Shown here piece by piece: positions 29,784-38,269 of a stretch of DNA of 64,000 nucleotides. Where the stretch lies: positions 32,001 to 96,000 of the forward strand of contig PLCF01000062.1 in the NCBI GenBank assembly GCA_003135555.1, given 5' to 3'. Source of the DNA: Vulcanimicrobiota bacterium. GTDB lineage: Bacteria; Vulcanimicrobiota; Vulcanimicrobiia; Vulcanimicrobiales; Vulcanimicrobiaceae. Made by a program: the position numbers and the translations under genes. The notes under the pieces are model-generated. The model searched no databases, was not told the origin of the DNA, and saw only the letters and a program-made list of their open reading frames with translations. The number at the start of each line of letters is the position of its first letter. The stretch's first letter is position 1.

Positions 29784-30578
29784 ATGACCACTGCCAGTTG
29801 GAATTGGGCCGGTTCGGCCGGTAATCACCGGGGACTGCGCCCGCCGTCGAAGCTGCTCTGGCTGGCGGAATACCGCGCGCTGTGGGAGGTCGGCTTCTCG
29901 CTCGCCGCCGCGCCGTTGCTGCTCGGCGCGCCGCGCGGCGACGGGCACCCCGTGCTCGTCTTGCCGGGCTTTCTCGTCAGCGACGTGTCGACGGCCCTGT
30001 TGCGCCGCTATCTCACGCTGTTGGGCTACGACACCCACGGCTGGGAGCTGGGGCGCAACCTCGGCGGCGTGTCGCGGATGCGCTCCAAACTGCGCGACCG
30101 CTTGGCGCAGATCCACGCGACGTCGGGACGCAAGGTGACCCTGGTCGGCTGGAGCTTGGGCGGCGTGTACGCCCGCGACCTCGCGCTCGCGATGCCCGCT
30201 GCGGTGCGCTCCGTCATCACGCTGGGTAGCCCGTTCACGCGCAGCCCGCACGCCAGCAACATCAGCGACATCTACGAGTTCGTCAGCGGCGAAGGGCCCT
30301 GGGACGAAGGCGCGCACGAGTTCGACGCGATCGCCGACGATTTGCCGATGCCGTCGACCTCGATCTGGTCCAAGATCGACGGCGTGGTGAGCTGGCAGTC
30401 GTCGGTGCTCAAGACCAATGCGCACGCCGAGAACATCGAAGTGCTCGGCGCGAGCCACATCGGGCTGGGCGCAAACGCGGCCGTGCTCTGGGCCGTCGCC
30501 GACCGTCTCGCGCTGCCTGAAGGCGCGTTCAAGCCCTTCGTCCGCAACGGACCGTTCGCGATCGCTTACGGCACCTAA
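29784..30578 (+). CDS. Alpha/beta hydrolase (lipase/esterase)
   Basis: PVLVLPGF, GWSLGG, ITLGSPF, DGVV, SHIGL. Confidence 0.9.
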   Translation: MTTASWNWAGSAGNHRGLRPPSKLLWLAEYRALWEVGFSLAAAPLLLGAPRGDGHPVLVLPGFLVSDVSTALLRRYLTLLGYDTHGWELGRNLGGVSRMRSKLRDRLAQIHATSGRKVTLVGWSLGGVYARDLALAMPAAVRSVITLGSPFTRSPHASNISDIYEFVSGEGPWDEGAHEFDAIADDLPMPSTSIWSKIDGVVSWQSSVLKTNAHAENIEVLGASHIGLGANAAVLWAVADRLALPEGAFKPFVRNGPFAIAYGT

Positions 30579-31099
30579 CGGTGCGGGAGCATAACGACGG
30601 AAATCCCGAACTCGCCTTTTATCCTCGAATCAGTATTGTGCTCGAAGTCGATCTCGGCGCCGCGTGAATTGCGCCAGCATTCGACCAAGACGGTTCCGGT
30701 GAGAAAATCCGGCAGGCTGGAAGCCGCCGGACAATCCGCTTTCGCGAAGCCGGCCGGCAACGAGCCGTGCCCAATTGCCAGAAAATCGGCCTGATCCGCG
30801 AAGACGCCGACAGGTGAAAATCCGCACAACAGATCGACGCTGAGGGGCTTATCGCGCGCCTGCGGGTCGCAGCCGCCGATCAGGTTGCGCGCGGCGGCGG
30901 GCATATGTTTCGGGCCGGGATAGACCGGCCCGGCCATTGTGTACGCCTCCGCCAATCCCCAGCTGAAGAACTCGCGCATCGCGTCGGGTCGCCAGTCGGG
31001 GGGCGCAGGCGACGGCGATGCGTCCAAATTCGCCGCCGATGCAGCGGGGAAACCGGTCAGCAGCGCACAGGCGATCGCGAGACTCAGGGTTTTCTTCAC
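30575..31099 (-). CDS. Secreted hypothetical protein
   Basis: Signal MKKTLSLAIACALL..AASA; AGGAGG RBS; lower GC. Confidence 0.7.
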   Translation of the reverse strand: MKKTLSLAIACALLTGFPAASAANLDASPSPAPPDWRPDAMREFFSWGLAEAYTMAGPVYPGPKHMPAAARNLIGGCDPQARDKPLSVDLLCGFSPVGVFADQADFLAIGHGSLPAGFAKADCPAASSLPDFLTGTVLVECWRNSRGAEIDFEHNTDSRIKGEFGISVVMLPHR

Positions 31100-31283
31100 G
31101 GCGCATCCTCCTACTCCGGTCGCTCACGCCTTGGCGGTACGTCCTCGCGGGCCCTCGGGCTTTTTGCTCGACGTCACAGCCGGAACGTGCGCGCAGTCGC
31201 TTACGGAGTGCGATGACCGTCGCCGCGGACGACGGCATCGACACGCGCGCTCAGCGCGAACGCCGCTGCGGCTGGGGACCGAG

Positions 31284-31541
31284 TTAGCCGCCGCCGTCGC
31301 CGCTGAGCGCGGGCATGAGGACGCGCATCCGCATCTGCTCCTCGATTGCCTGGTCGTCCGAGCTCGGGGCGCCGGCTTGGGCAACGCCGGCTTGCTGATT
31401 ATGCCGGCGACGTCGCGATGGGGTGGCTACCGCCACCGGTGCAGCGACCGTCGCGGCCTGAGCCGCAGCGGGGGCTGCCGGGGTCGGGGTGGACGTCAGC
31501 GCGGCGATTGCGATCGCGGCGCTACCGATGAATGGGAGCAC
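31284..31541 (-). CDS. Small secreted protein ending in GGG
   Basis: GTG start with GGAGG RBS inside the upstream gene's end; C-terminus LSGDGGG. Confidence 0.6.
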   Translation of the reverse strand: MLPFIGSAAIAIAALTSTPTPAAPAAAQAATVAAPVAVATPSRRRRHNQQAGVAQAGAPSSDDQAIEEQMRMRVLMPALSGDGGG

Positions 31542-31545
31542 GGAG

Positions 31546-31848
31546 TTAGCCTCCTCCAGTGACGATGGGTGGGTTGATTCGGTCGACTTCGTCGTGCCAC
31601 GCACGCGTCAACTGATCGACGCTGAGCGCTTTCGAGTAGTCGGGATGGAAGGTTCGGTCGAGCCGGCGGGGCTGCGCCGAAGTCGTTCCGCGCGCGGCAT
31701 CGGTGATGCCGATAACGCGGATCTGCGCTGCGGGAGGCGCGTCGGTAACGAGTGTCCCGACGACGTTCCCTTGCGCATCGAGGACCGTGTACTGTGCGCC
31801 GAGTGCGACAAAGGTCGCGATCGCGGCGGCTTGGATGGCTGATTTCAC
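31546..31848 (-). CDS. Small secreted protein ending in GGG
   Basis: GTG start with GGAG RBS; hydrophobic N-terminus; C-terminus PIVTGGG. Confidence 0.65.
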   Translation of the reverse strand: MKSAIQAAAIATFVALGAQYTVLDAQGNVVGTLVTDAPPAAQIRVIGITDAARGTTSAQPRRLDRTFHPDYSKALSVDQLTRAWHDEVDRINPPIVTGGG

Positions 31849-31912
31849 GAAGGTTCTCCAAGAACGGTGCACTGCAAGGCATACGCCGCAGAGACCGTCT
31901 TCGGATCGCCGT

Positions 31913-31980
31913 TCAGGCGGCGTCCATAACCACGAGCGCGGCGTGTTGATGCGTTCCACGATCGGAGGCTCGTCAAAGAG
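31913..31980 (-). repeat. Internally deleted, diverged copy of the DUF445 3' end
   Basis: Reads LFDEPPIVERIN (versus MLDEPVIVERLN) joined out of frame to HAALVVMDAA* (versus HAALVVTGAA*). Confidence 0.75.
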
Positions 31981-32228
31981 AGTGCCCAGCATATGGCACT
32001 CCCTGGCGGTTTGATAGTGTCGGAGGTGAAGCCAGAACGTGCATCTTGCTTCGATTTCCGCTCCGGTCTGGGCGGCGATACTTGGCTTTACGGGTTTCGG
32101 TGTCGTGTTGTGGATTTTCGATCGGCAGCGTCGCGACGCGTTGCCGACGTCGACCCCGACTGAAGATGAGCCGACGCAGCCGCCAAAGAACTGTGGTCTC
32201 TCTATCCAGACTTCCCGGACGACGAGCT

Positions 32229-32418
32229 GCGCCGCCGACGAGGCTGCCGTTGAGGCGGATGAATTGCAGGTCGGGGCCGAGCTCGGTCTCGATCTTTTCG
32301 GTGACGACGTCGGCGTCCCAGCGCTGCACCACCTCGGTGATGAGCAGCGAGAACTGCTGCTGGAAACGCGCCAGGACCGACTCGGCGACGTCGCACAACC
32401 GCACGTTGAGGCGTTCGA
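32229..32418 (-). repeat. Displaced 190-bp copy of the DUF445 3' region
   Basis: Direct repeat of 58802-58991; about 14 mismatches, all synonymous (identical peptide ERLNVRL...GSLVGGA). Confidence 0.95.
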
Positions 32419-32766
32419 GCAGCCGTTGGTCGGGACGGCCACCAGATACGATGCGCCCAGGGAAAACGGCGTGTTTACGAAGCGGTAGTCCGCGTGCAGC
32501 CCGAGACCAAGTTCGATCGACTGCTGGTTGACTTGGCCGGCCCCGCCGATCCCTGTGCTCGCGTTCTGCCGCGTGAAGTCGTAGGCGCGAAAAAAGCCGC
32601 GCACCGAGAACGGTGGCGCCGCCGACGCAGGAGGGAGTTACGTCGACGGCGCCGGGGACGGCGATGGAGGCGGTGACGACTGCGCGCCGGCAGGCGCGCC
32701 AACGAGCGCAAGCCCCGCCCATAGCGCGGCGATAAATGCCGAGCCGCGCGCTCGCGAGTATGTCAT
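32419..32766 (-). pseudogene. Truncated outer-membrane porin (OprD-like) gene
   Basis: Signal peptide plus Pro-rich linker, in-frame TAA at 32638-32640, then FSVRGFFRAYDFTRQNA...LHADYRF; cut at the DUF445 copy. Family call is from recollection. Confidence 0.55.
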
Positions 32767-32845
32767 ACGAATTAACACTTCAAACCGACGTACGCCACCG
32801 GCCCGATGACCAGTTCGCTCGACCGTTACAGAGCTGCTAGGCCGC

Positions 32846-32882
32846 TCAGGCGGCGCCAGTAACCACGAGCGCCGCGTGCAGT
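32846..32882 (-). repeat. Copy of the terminal 11 codons plus stop of DUF445
   Basis: 30/37 nt identical to 58753-58789, differences at third codon positions; both encode LHAALVVTGAA*. Confidence 0.85.
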
Positions 32883-33646
32883 GGGCCGTCGCCGTCCGCG
32901 ATCGCGTCGCGAAGCTCGCGCGTCGCGCGCATCGGCTCGACGCCGAGAACGCGGTGCAGATAGCTCGCCAGCGCGTCGTACTCCGCGAGCGCCGGCGCCC
33001 GCCGGCCCATCCGGCTGAAGCACGTCATCGCGGCGCGCGTGATCCCTTCGTGGGCGCGGTCGACGGCGATCGCGCGCAGCGCGATGTCGATCGCGGCGGG
33101 ATAGTCGTGGCGCTCCATACGCTCGGCGGCGAGCCGCTCGACCATCGTGATGAACGCGCTCTCGTAACGCACGCGCATTGGAGCGACCCAGTCGCCGCCC
33201 TCGCCGGCGAGAAAGGCTCCCTGATACAAATCGACAGCTTCGCGCATCGCGGCGATCGAGCCGTCAGCATAACACGCTTCGAACCTGTCGGCGTCGACCT
33301 CCAGGCGGATGGACGGATGCCAGGCGTACGACGCGTCGACGAACCGGATCGGATCGAGACCTCCGGTCGCGGTCCGCAGCGTCGCGCGCGCACCGCTCGC
33401 CGCGACGTGGAGCCGGTGCCCCACCGCGTCCGTTTCGAGGTCGGGCCAGAACGCGTAGGCCAACGCGTCGCGCGCGACGGGCGCGTGATGGTATGTGACG
33501 AGATATTGTAGGAATTCGCGCCCGCGCTGGTGTGCCGGCGTCGCGTCTCGCGGGCCCTCGTCGAGAAACACGAAGTGCCCGAAACATCGGAAACGCAGCG
33601 CGACCTCAACTCCGCCGCAACGTTCTTTGCTGGCGCTCACCCGCAT
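32846..33646 (-). CDS. BTAD/SARP-family transcriptional activator
   Basis: FRCFGHF, LQYL, ALAYAFWPD, VDADRFE, AVDLYQGAFL, LGVEP motifs; the last 11 codons match the DUF445 tail. Confidence 0.88.
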   Translation of the reverse strand: MRVSASKERCGGVEVALRFRCFGHFVFLDEGPRDATPAHQRGREFLQYLVTYHHAPVARDALAYAFWPDLETDAVGHRLHVAASGARATLRTATGGLDPIRFVDASYAWHPSIRLEVDADRFEACYADGSIAAMREAVDLYQGAFLAGEGGDWVAPMRVRYESAFITMVERLAAERMERHDYPAAIDIALRAIAVDRAHEGITRAAMTCFSRMGRRAPALAEYDALASYLHRVLGVEPMRATRELRDAIADGDGPLHAALVVTGAA

Positions 33647-33891
33647 CGGAAAACCCCGATTCCGAAAGAATCGAAAAGCGCTCTGCCAGAGAGTGCTCCA
33701 TGCTAGCATCGCTTGGGGATCGAGTCAAGCGCGTGAGGAGAGAATTGTGAGCGCGGGGTTGGCGCGGTCGCGCATACTCTGGCCGATGCGGAGTCTGCGG
33801 CCGCCGCGAACGCGGTGTTTGAGCGTTTTGTGAGCGCCCGGAGAGCGCGGCGCCGTACGATCCTCGCATCGCCGGCGCGGGCCGGCGACGG

Positions 33892-34152
33892 ATGAGCGAA
33901 CGAATCGGCTTGCTGCTGCGCTTACGGGGATGCGACGGTGATCTGTGCATCAGGATCGAGACGCTGGACGGCCGCCGCCTGTCGGTGGACGAGTCCAGCC
34001 TGACGGCGGTGGTCTGGCGCGAAGAACCGGACGTTCTCCGTTTCCGTCTCGAGCACGGCTCGACCCATCAGCTAGCATATCTTCAAGGCACCGAGTTGCT
34101 CGACTCGCTCGCGAGTGCGCTCCACCTCATCGTCGCTCCGAACACGAGGTAA
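33892..34152 (+). CDS. Small hypothetical protein, first gene of the CIS operon
   Basis: 86 aa, divergent from BTAD, tightly coupled to the next gene. Confidence 0.65.
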   Translation: MSERIGLLLRLRGCDGDLCIRIETLDGRRLSVDESSLTAVVWREEPDVLRFRLEHGSTHQLAYLQGTELLDSLASALHLIVAPNTR

Positions 34153-34155
34153 ACT

Positions 34156-34530
34156 ATGCCGCCTGCCATCAGCGCCGCCGCTACATTCGGGGTGCAGGTC
34201 CCAGGAGGGCCGACGATCATGGCGTCGTGGACGGTCGCCGCGGACGCGTACGACCGTGTCTCTGCGACGCTCGCCGCGGGCACAAACGGTACCTACGACG
34301 TCACCAACGTTTCGGCAGCCAGCGTGCAGATGCTCGCGATCGTCTCCTCGGCCTACGACCCGCTGATCCTGATCAAGACGCTCTTTGGAGGGTCCATGAA
34401 GCTCGACGCTCCGATCGTGCTAAGCAGCCCGCAGATCGTCAGCACGTTCGCACCGGCGTCGATCGAGATCGACAACGGCTCGGCGAAGACGGTGACGGTC
34501 GACGTGCTCGTGCTGCGGAAGGCCGTGTGA
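34156..34530 (+). CDS. CIS-associated hypothetical protein
   Basis: GAGG RBS; 124-aa beta-rich ORF ending 1 nt before the sheath gene. Confidence 0.75.
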   Translation: MPPAISAAATFGVQVPGGPTIMASWTVAADAYDRVSATLAAGTNGTYDVTNVSAASVQMLAIVSSAYDPLILIKTLFGGSMKLDAPIVLSSPQIVSTFAPASIEIDNGSAKTVTVDVLVLRKAV

Positions 34531-34531
34531 G

Positions 34532-36178
34532 ATGCCGCTGACGTTGACCTATCCCGGCGTCTACGTCCAGGAACTGCCGAGCTCCGTCCACACGATCGTC
34601 GGCGTCCCGACCGCGGTCGCCGCGTTCGTCGGGCGCGCGCGGCGCGGACCGCTCAACGTCCCGGTTCGGATCGGTTCTTTCGCGCAGTTCGAGCGCGCGT
34701 TCGGGGCGCTGTGGCAGCAGTCGGAGCTGGGCTACTGCGTGAAGCAGTACTTCGACAACGGCGGCAACGACGCGGTCGTCGTGCGCACCGTCACGGCCGC
34801 CGATCTCGCGACGTTCACCGGCGTGCCGCCGACGATCGCGGTCGCGACCAACGGCGCGGGGCCGCCGCTCACCCTCCAAGCGCGCAGCCCTGGCCTGTGG
34901 TTCGGCCCGAGCAGCTTCCGCGCCGACGTCGACTGGAACACGCGGCGGGTCGGAACGCCCCCGAACCCGGACGCGACCGTCTTCAACCTCAAGCTCACGC
35001 TCACCGAGATCGATCCGATCAGCGGCGCGACGAGCACGACGGTCGAGTCGTATCAGAACCTCTCGTACGACCCCACCGCGCCGACGTACGTCGGCGACGT
35101 GCTCGCCAACGACTCGCGGTTCGTCTTCGCCGCGAACTCGCGCAACCCAGCCGATCCGAACTTCCTTACCCCAGCCTCGCGCGCGGACGTGCTGGGGACG
35201 CCGTACACGACGGTCTCGGCGCTCAGCGACGGCAGCCCGCTGGCGTGGACGGACATCACCGGCGACCCCGCCGCGAAGACCGGGATGTTCGCGTTAGCGG
35301 ACGCCGACATCTTCACGATGATCATGATCCCACCGCCGTCACCAGACGAGAACGCCGCGCGCATCAACGACCTGCTGAACTCGGCGGCGTGGGGCGCGAT
35401 CGCGGCGTTCGCGGCGAGCCGGCACGCGGTCGCGTACATCGATCCGCCGGCGCCACCCACCTGGGGCGACGAGCCGGCGGTGTACTCGGCGGTCTCCGCC
35501 CTGGGAAACGCACTCGACCCGGTGCGCTTCGACAACACCGCGTTGTACTACCCGTGGATATGGTACGCCGATCCGCTCAACGGAGGGCGGCCGCGGCTGT
35601 TCCCGCCGTCGGCCTCGGCGATGGGCGTCGCCGCGCGGATCGACGGAACGCGCGGCGTCTGGAAAGCGCCGGCCGGCGAAGAGGCCAAGCTCGTCGGCGC
35701 GCAACAGCTCGCCTATCGCATGACCGACAGCGAGAACGGTGAGCTCAACCCGCTCGCGATCAACTGCCTGCGCACGTTCCCGATCATCGGCAGCGTCGTG
35801 TGGGGCGCGCGGACGCTTGTCGGCGCCGACTCCGAAGGCTCGCAGTGGAAATATCTGCCGGTCCGCCGCACGGCCTACTTCATCGAGGAGACGCTCTACC
35901 GCGCGCTCGGATGGGTGGTCTTCGAGCCCAACGACGAGCCGCTGTGGTCGCAGATCCGGCTCAACGTCGGCGCGTTCATGCGGTCGCTGTTCCGGCAGGG
36001 CGCGTTCCAAGGCGCGACGCCGGCGCAGGCGTACTTCGTCCGCTGCAACTCCGACACGACGACCGCGCTCGACCAGGACCTTGGCATCGTCAACGTCGTG
36101 GTCGGGTTCGCGCCGCTCAAACCGGCCGAGTTCGTCGTCATCAAGATCACTCAAATCGCGGGTCAGATCCAGACCTGA
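34532..36178 (+). CDS. Contractile tail sheath protein
   Basis: TYPGVYVQE, RGPLN, YYPW, RGVWKAPAG, VWGARTL, YLPVRR, WVVFEPNDEPLW, APLKPAEFVV. Confidence 0.97.
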   Translation: MPLTLTYPGVYVQELPSSVHTIVGVPTAVAAFVGRARRGPLNVPVRIGSFAQFERAFGALWQQSELGYCVKQYFDNGGNDAVVVRTVTAADLATFTGVPPTIAVATNGAGPPLTLQARSPGLWFGPSSFRADVDWNTRRVGTPPNPDATVFNLKLTLTEIDPISGATSTTVESYQNLSYDPTAPTYVGDVLANDSRFVFAANSRNPADPNFLTPASRADVLGTPYTTVSALSDGSPLAWTDITGDPAAKTGMFALADADIFTMIMIPPPSPDENAARINDLLNSAAWGAIAAFAASRHAVAYIDPPAPPTWGDEPAVYSAVSALGNALDPVRFDNTALYYPWIWYADPLNGGRPRLFPPSASAMGVAARIDGTRGVWKAPAGEEAKLVGAQQLAYRMTDSENGELNPLAINCLRTFPIIGSVVWGARTLVGADSEGSQWKYLPVRRTAYFIEETLYRALGWVVFEPNDEPLWSQIRLNVGAFMRSLFRQGAFQGATPAQAYFVRCNSDTTTALDQDLGIVNVVVGFAPLKPAEFVVIKITQIAGQIQT

Positions 36179-36189
36179 GGAGCATTGCG

Positions 36190-36699
36190 ATGGCGCAGTT
36201 CACGGCGAATGCCGTCTACCGGTTCGACCCGTACAAGAATTTCAAGTTCAAGCTGAAGTGGGACGGCCAGTACGTCGCCGGACTCTCGAAGATGACGCCG
36301 CTCAAGCGAACGACGGAGGTCATCAAGCACCGCGAGGGCGGCGACCCGTCGTCGAGCCACAAGGCGCCGGGCCGAACCGAGTACGACAGCATCACGCTGT
36401 CGCGCGGCGTCACGTTCGACACCGCGTTCGAAGAGTGGGCGAACCTGGTGTTCCTGCACGGCGCCGGTCCCGGCGCCGAGGCGCAGCTCAAGAGCATGCG
36501 CAAAGATCTGTACCTCGAGATCAACGACGAAGCCGGCACGAAGGTGATCGCGTACAACATCTACCGCGCATGGGTCAGCGAGTACGTCGCGGTGCCCGAG
36601 CTCGACGCCAACGCGAACGCCGTCGCGATCGCGACGATCAAGATCGAGTGCGAGGGATTCGAGCGGGATGTCACGGTCACCGAGCCGACCGAGACCTGA
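36190..36699 (+). CDS. Tail tube protein (gp19-like)
   Basis: RFDPYKNFKF, HREGGD, PGRTEYDSITLSRGVT, ELDANANAVAI. Confidence 0.95.
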   Translation: MAQFTANAVYRFDPYKNFKFKLKWDGQYVAGLSKMTPLKRTTEVIKHREGGDPSSSHKAPGRTEYDSITLSRGVTFDTAFEEWANLVFLHGAGPGAEAQLKSMRKDLYLEINDEAGTKVIAYNIYRAWVSEYVAVPELDANANAVAIATIKIECEGFERDVTVTEPTET

Positions 36700-37432
36700 G
36701 CGCGGCGGACGCCTTCCGGTCGGCGTCGTGCGCGGCCGCCGGCTCGAGCGCTCGTTCGCGCTCGCGCCGCCGGCGGCGGACGCCGCGCTGCTCGCGCTCG
36801 ACTTCACCCGACCGCGGGAAGCGCTGCTCAGCGACGCGCTCGCGCTGGTCATCGAACGCGTCGGCTGCGTCGAGCGTCCCGGCGCGGAGGTCCTTCACGG
36901 GCTGACGCTCGCCGATCGTCACGCGCTCGTCCGCGACGCGCTCGTCACGAGCGGCCGCCCGGCGATCGACGCCGTCGCCGCGTGCGACGGCTGCGGTAAG
37001 CAGTTTGAGCTCGCGTTCGATCTGTGCGCCGTCGTGCTGCCGAACGTCGATCCCCGCACGACCGCCGTCCGCCTCCCGACGGCGGCCGACGTCGAGCGCG
37101 CGCGCGACGATCTCGACCTGCTCGCCGCGCTGTTGCAATGCAGCCGGAACGGCGCGGAGCGCGCTCGCGAGAGCGCAGAGGATATGATCGCCGGCGCGGA
37201 CCCGCTCGGCACGCTGGTCATCGAGAGCGCCTGTCCGGAGTGCGGTGCCTCCGTCCGCGCGGAAGCGGACCTGGCCGGGTCGTGGCTGGAGACCCTGCGC
37301 CGCCGAGCGTCGGCGCTGATCGACGACGTGCACGTGCTCGCGACGCGCTATCACTGGAGCGAGTCGGAGATCCTCGCGCTCCCCGCGTCGCGACGCATCG
37401 CGTACTTGGAGCTGATCGAGGCGGAGCGGTGA
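36668..37432 (+). CDS. CIS T4-like baseplate/assembly chaperone protein
   Basis: CxxC...CPECG pairs and DVHVLATRYHWSESEILALP..RR..YL motif; start uncertain. Confidence 0.8.
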   Translation: MSRSPSRPRPERGGRLPVGVVRGRRLERSFALAPPAADAALLALDFTRPREALLSDALALVIERVGCVERPGAEVLHGLTLADRHALVRDALVTSGRPAIDAVAACDGCGKQFELAFDLCAVVLPNVDPRTTAVRLPTAADVERARDDLDLLAALLQCSRNGAERARESAEDMIAGADPLGTLVIESACPECGASVRAEADLAGSWLETLRRRASALIDDVHVLATRYHWSESEILALPASRRIAYLELIEAER

Positions 37433-38262
37433 AGGGATACCTCGCGCACGTCGTCGCGCGCGCGCACTCCGCGCCGCTCGGTGCGCGAGCGGTTCGGTAC
37501 GCGTTCGAGCGCGTCGCCGAGGTCGATGCGGCGCTGCCTGCCGCCCCTGCGCCGGCTCGCGCGTTGTCGTTGCCGTCCCCGCGAGGCGAGCGCGCGGGGA
37601 CCGCGCTGCGGCTGCACGCGGCGCCGGCTCCCGATCCCGTGCGCGAGGTCGTGCGCCTCGTCGAACGCTCGACGCCGCCGGCCGCTCGCGCATCGGCGCC
37701 GCCGGCGCGCTCAACACCCGCGCCGCCGGCGGAGGTGGTGGCGTCGCGCACGCGGCCGGCCGAGGCGGCGTCATCGCGGGCGGAGCGCGCGAGCGCTGCC
37801 GCCGCGCAGGAGCCCGCGCCGGCGCCGGTTTCGCGGCGCATCGAGCGTGCGCCGTCGCGCGCGCCGAGCCGCGCGGTCGACGCCGCGGCCCGCGAGCGCA
37901 CCATCGTCGAAGAGCGCACGATCGTGGTGGACCGCGAGGTCGAAGCGGTCGCCGCGGCGAGCGCCGTCGAGGAACCCGCGCGGTGCGCGCAGCGCGCCGC
38001 CGCCTCGCCGACGATTCGCGTCGTCGTCCCGGCGGACGCGCGCGGGCTCGGCGGCGACGTGACCGGCGCGATCGAGCGCGCGGCGCGCGAGGCCACGCGG
38101 CGGCGGCTCGGTGCGCTCGGCGACGTCGAGCGGCGGACCCTCGACGTGCGGATCGAGCGGGTCGACGTGCACCTCCCCGCCGCACCCGCCGCCGCACCGC
38201 CGCCGGCGAGCGCACCGGCGACCGCGTCCGGCGTGCTCGCGCGCAGCCTGTCGCGCTTCTGA
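37429..38262 (+). CDS. Ala/Pro/Arg-rich CIS hypothetical protein
   Basis: GTGA overlap; KGYLAHVVAR start and LDVRIERVDVH C-terminal motif. Confidence 0.65.
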   Translation: MKGYLAHVVARAHSAPLGARAVRYAFERVAEVDAALPAAPAPARALSLPSPRGERAGTALRLHAAPAPDPVREVVRLVERSTPPAARASAPPARSTPAPPAEVVASRTRPAEAASSRAERASAAAAQEPAPAPVSRRIERAPSRAPSRAVDAAARERTIVEERTIVVDREVEAVAAASAVEEPARCAQRAAASPTIRVVVPADARGLGGDVTGAIERAAREATRRRLGALGDVERRTLDVRIERVDVHLPAAPAAAPPPASAPATASGVLARSLSRF

Positions 38263-38269
38263 GATCGCC

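Noticed and set aside
31546..32722. 352-aa and 249-aa ORFs as genuine genes
   Set aside because: They are chimeric read-throughs of the porin relic, the DUF445 copies and a small downstream gene.
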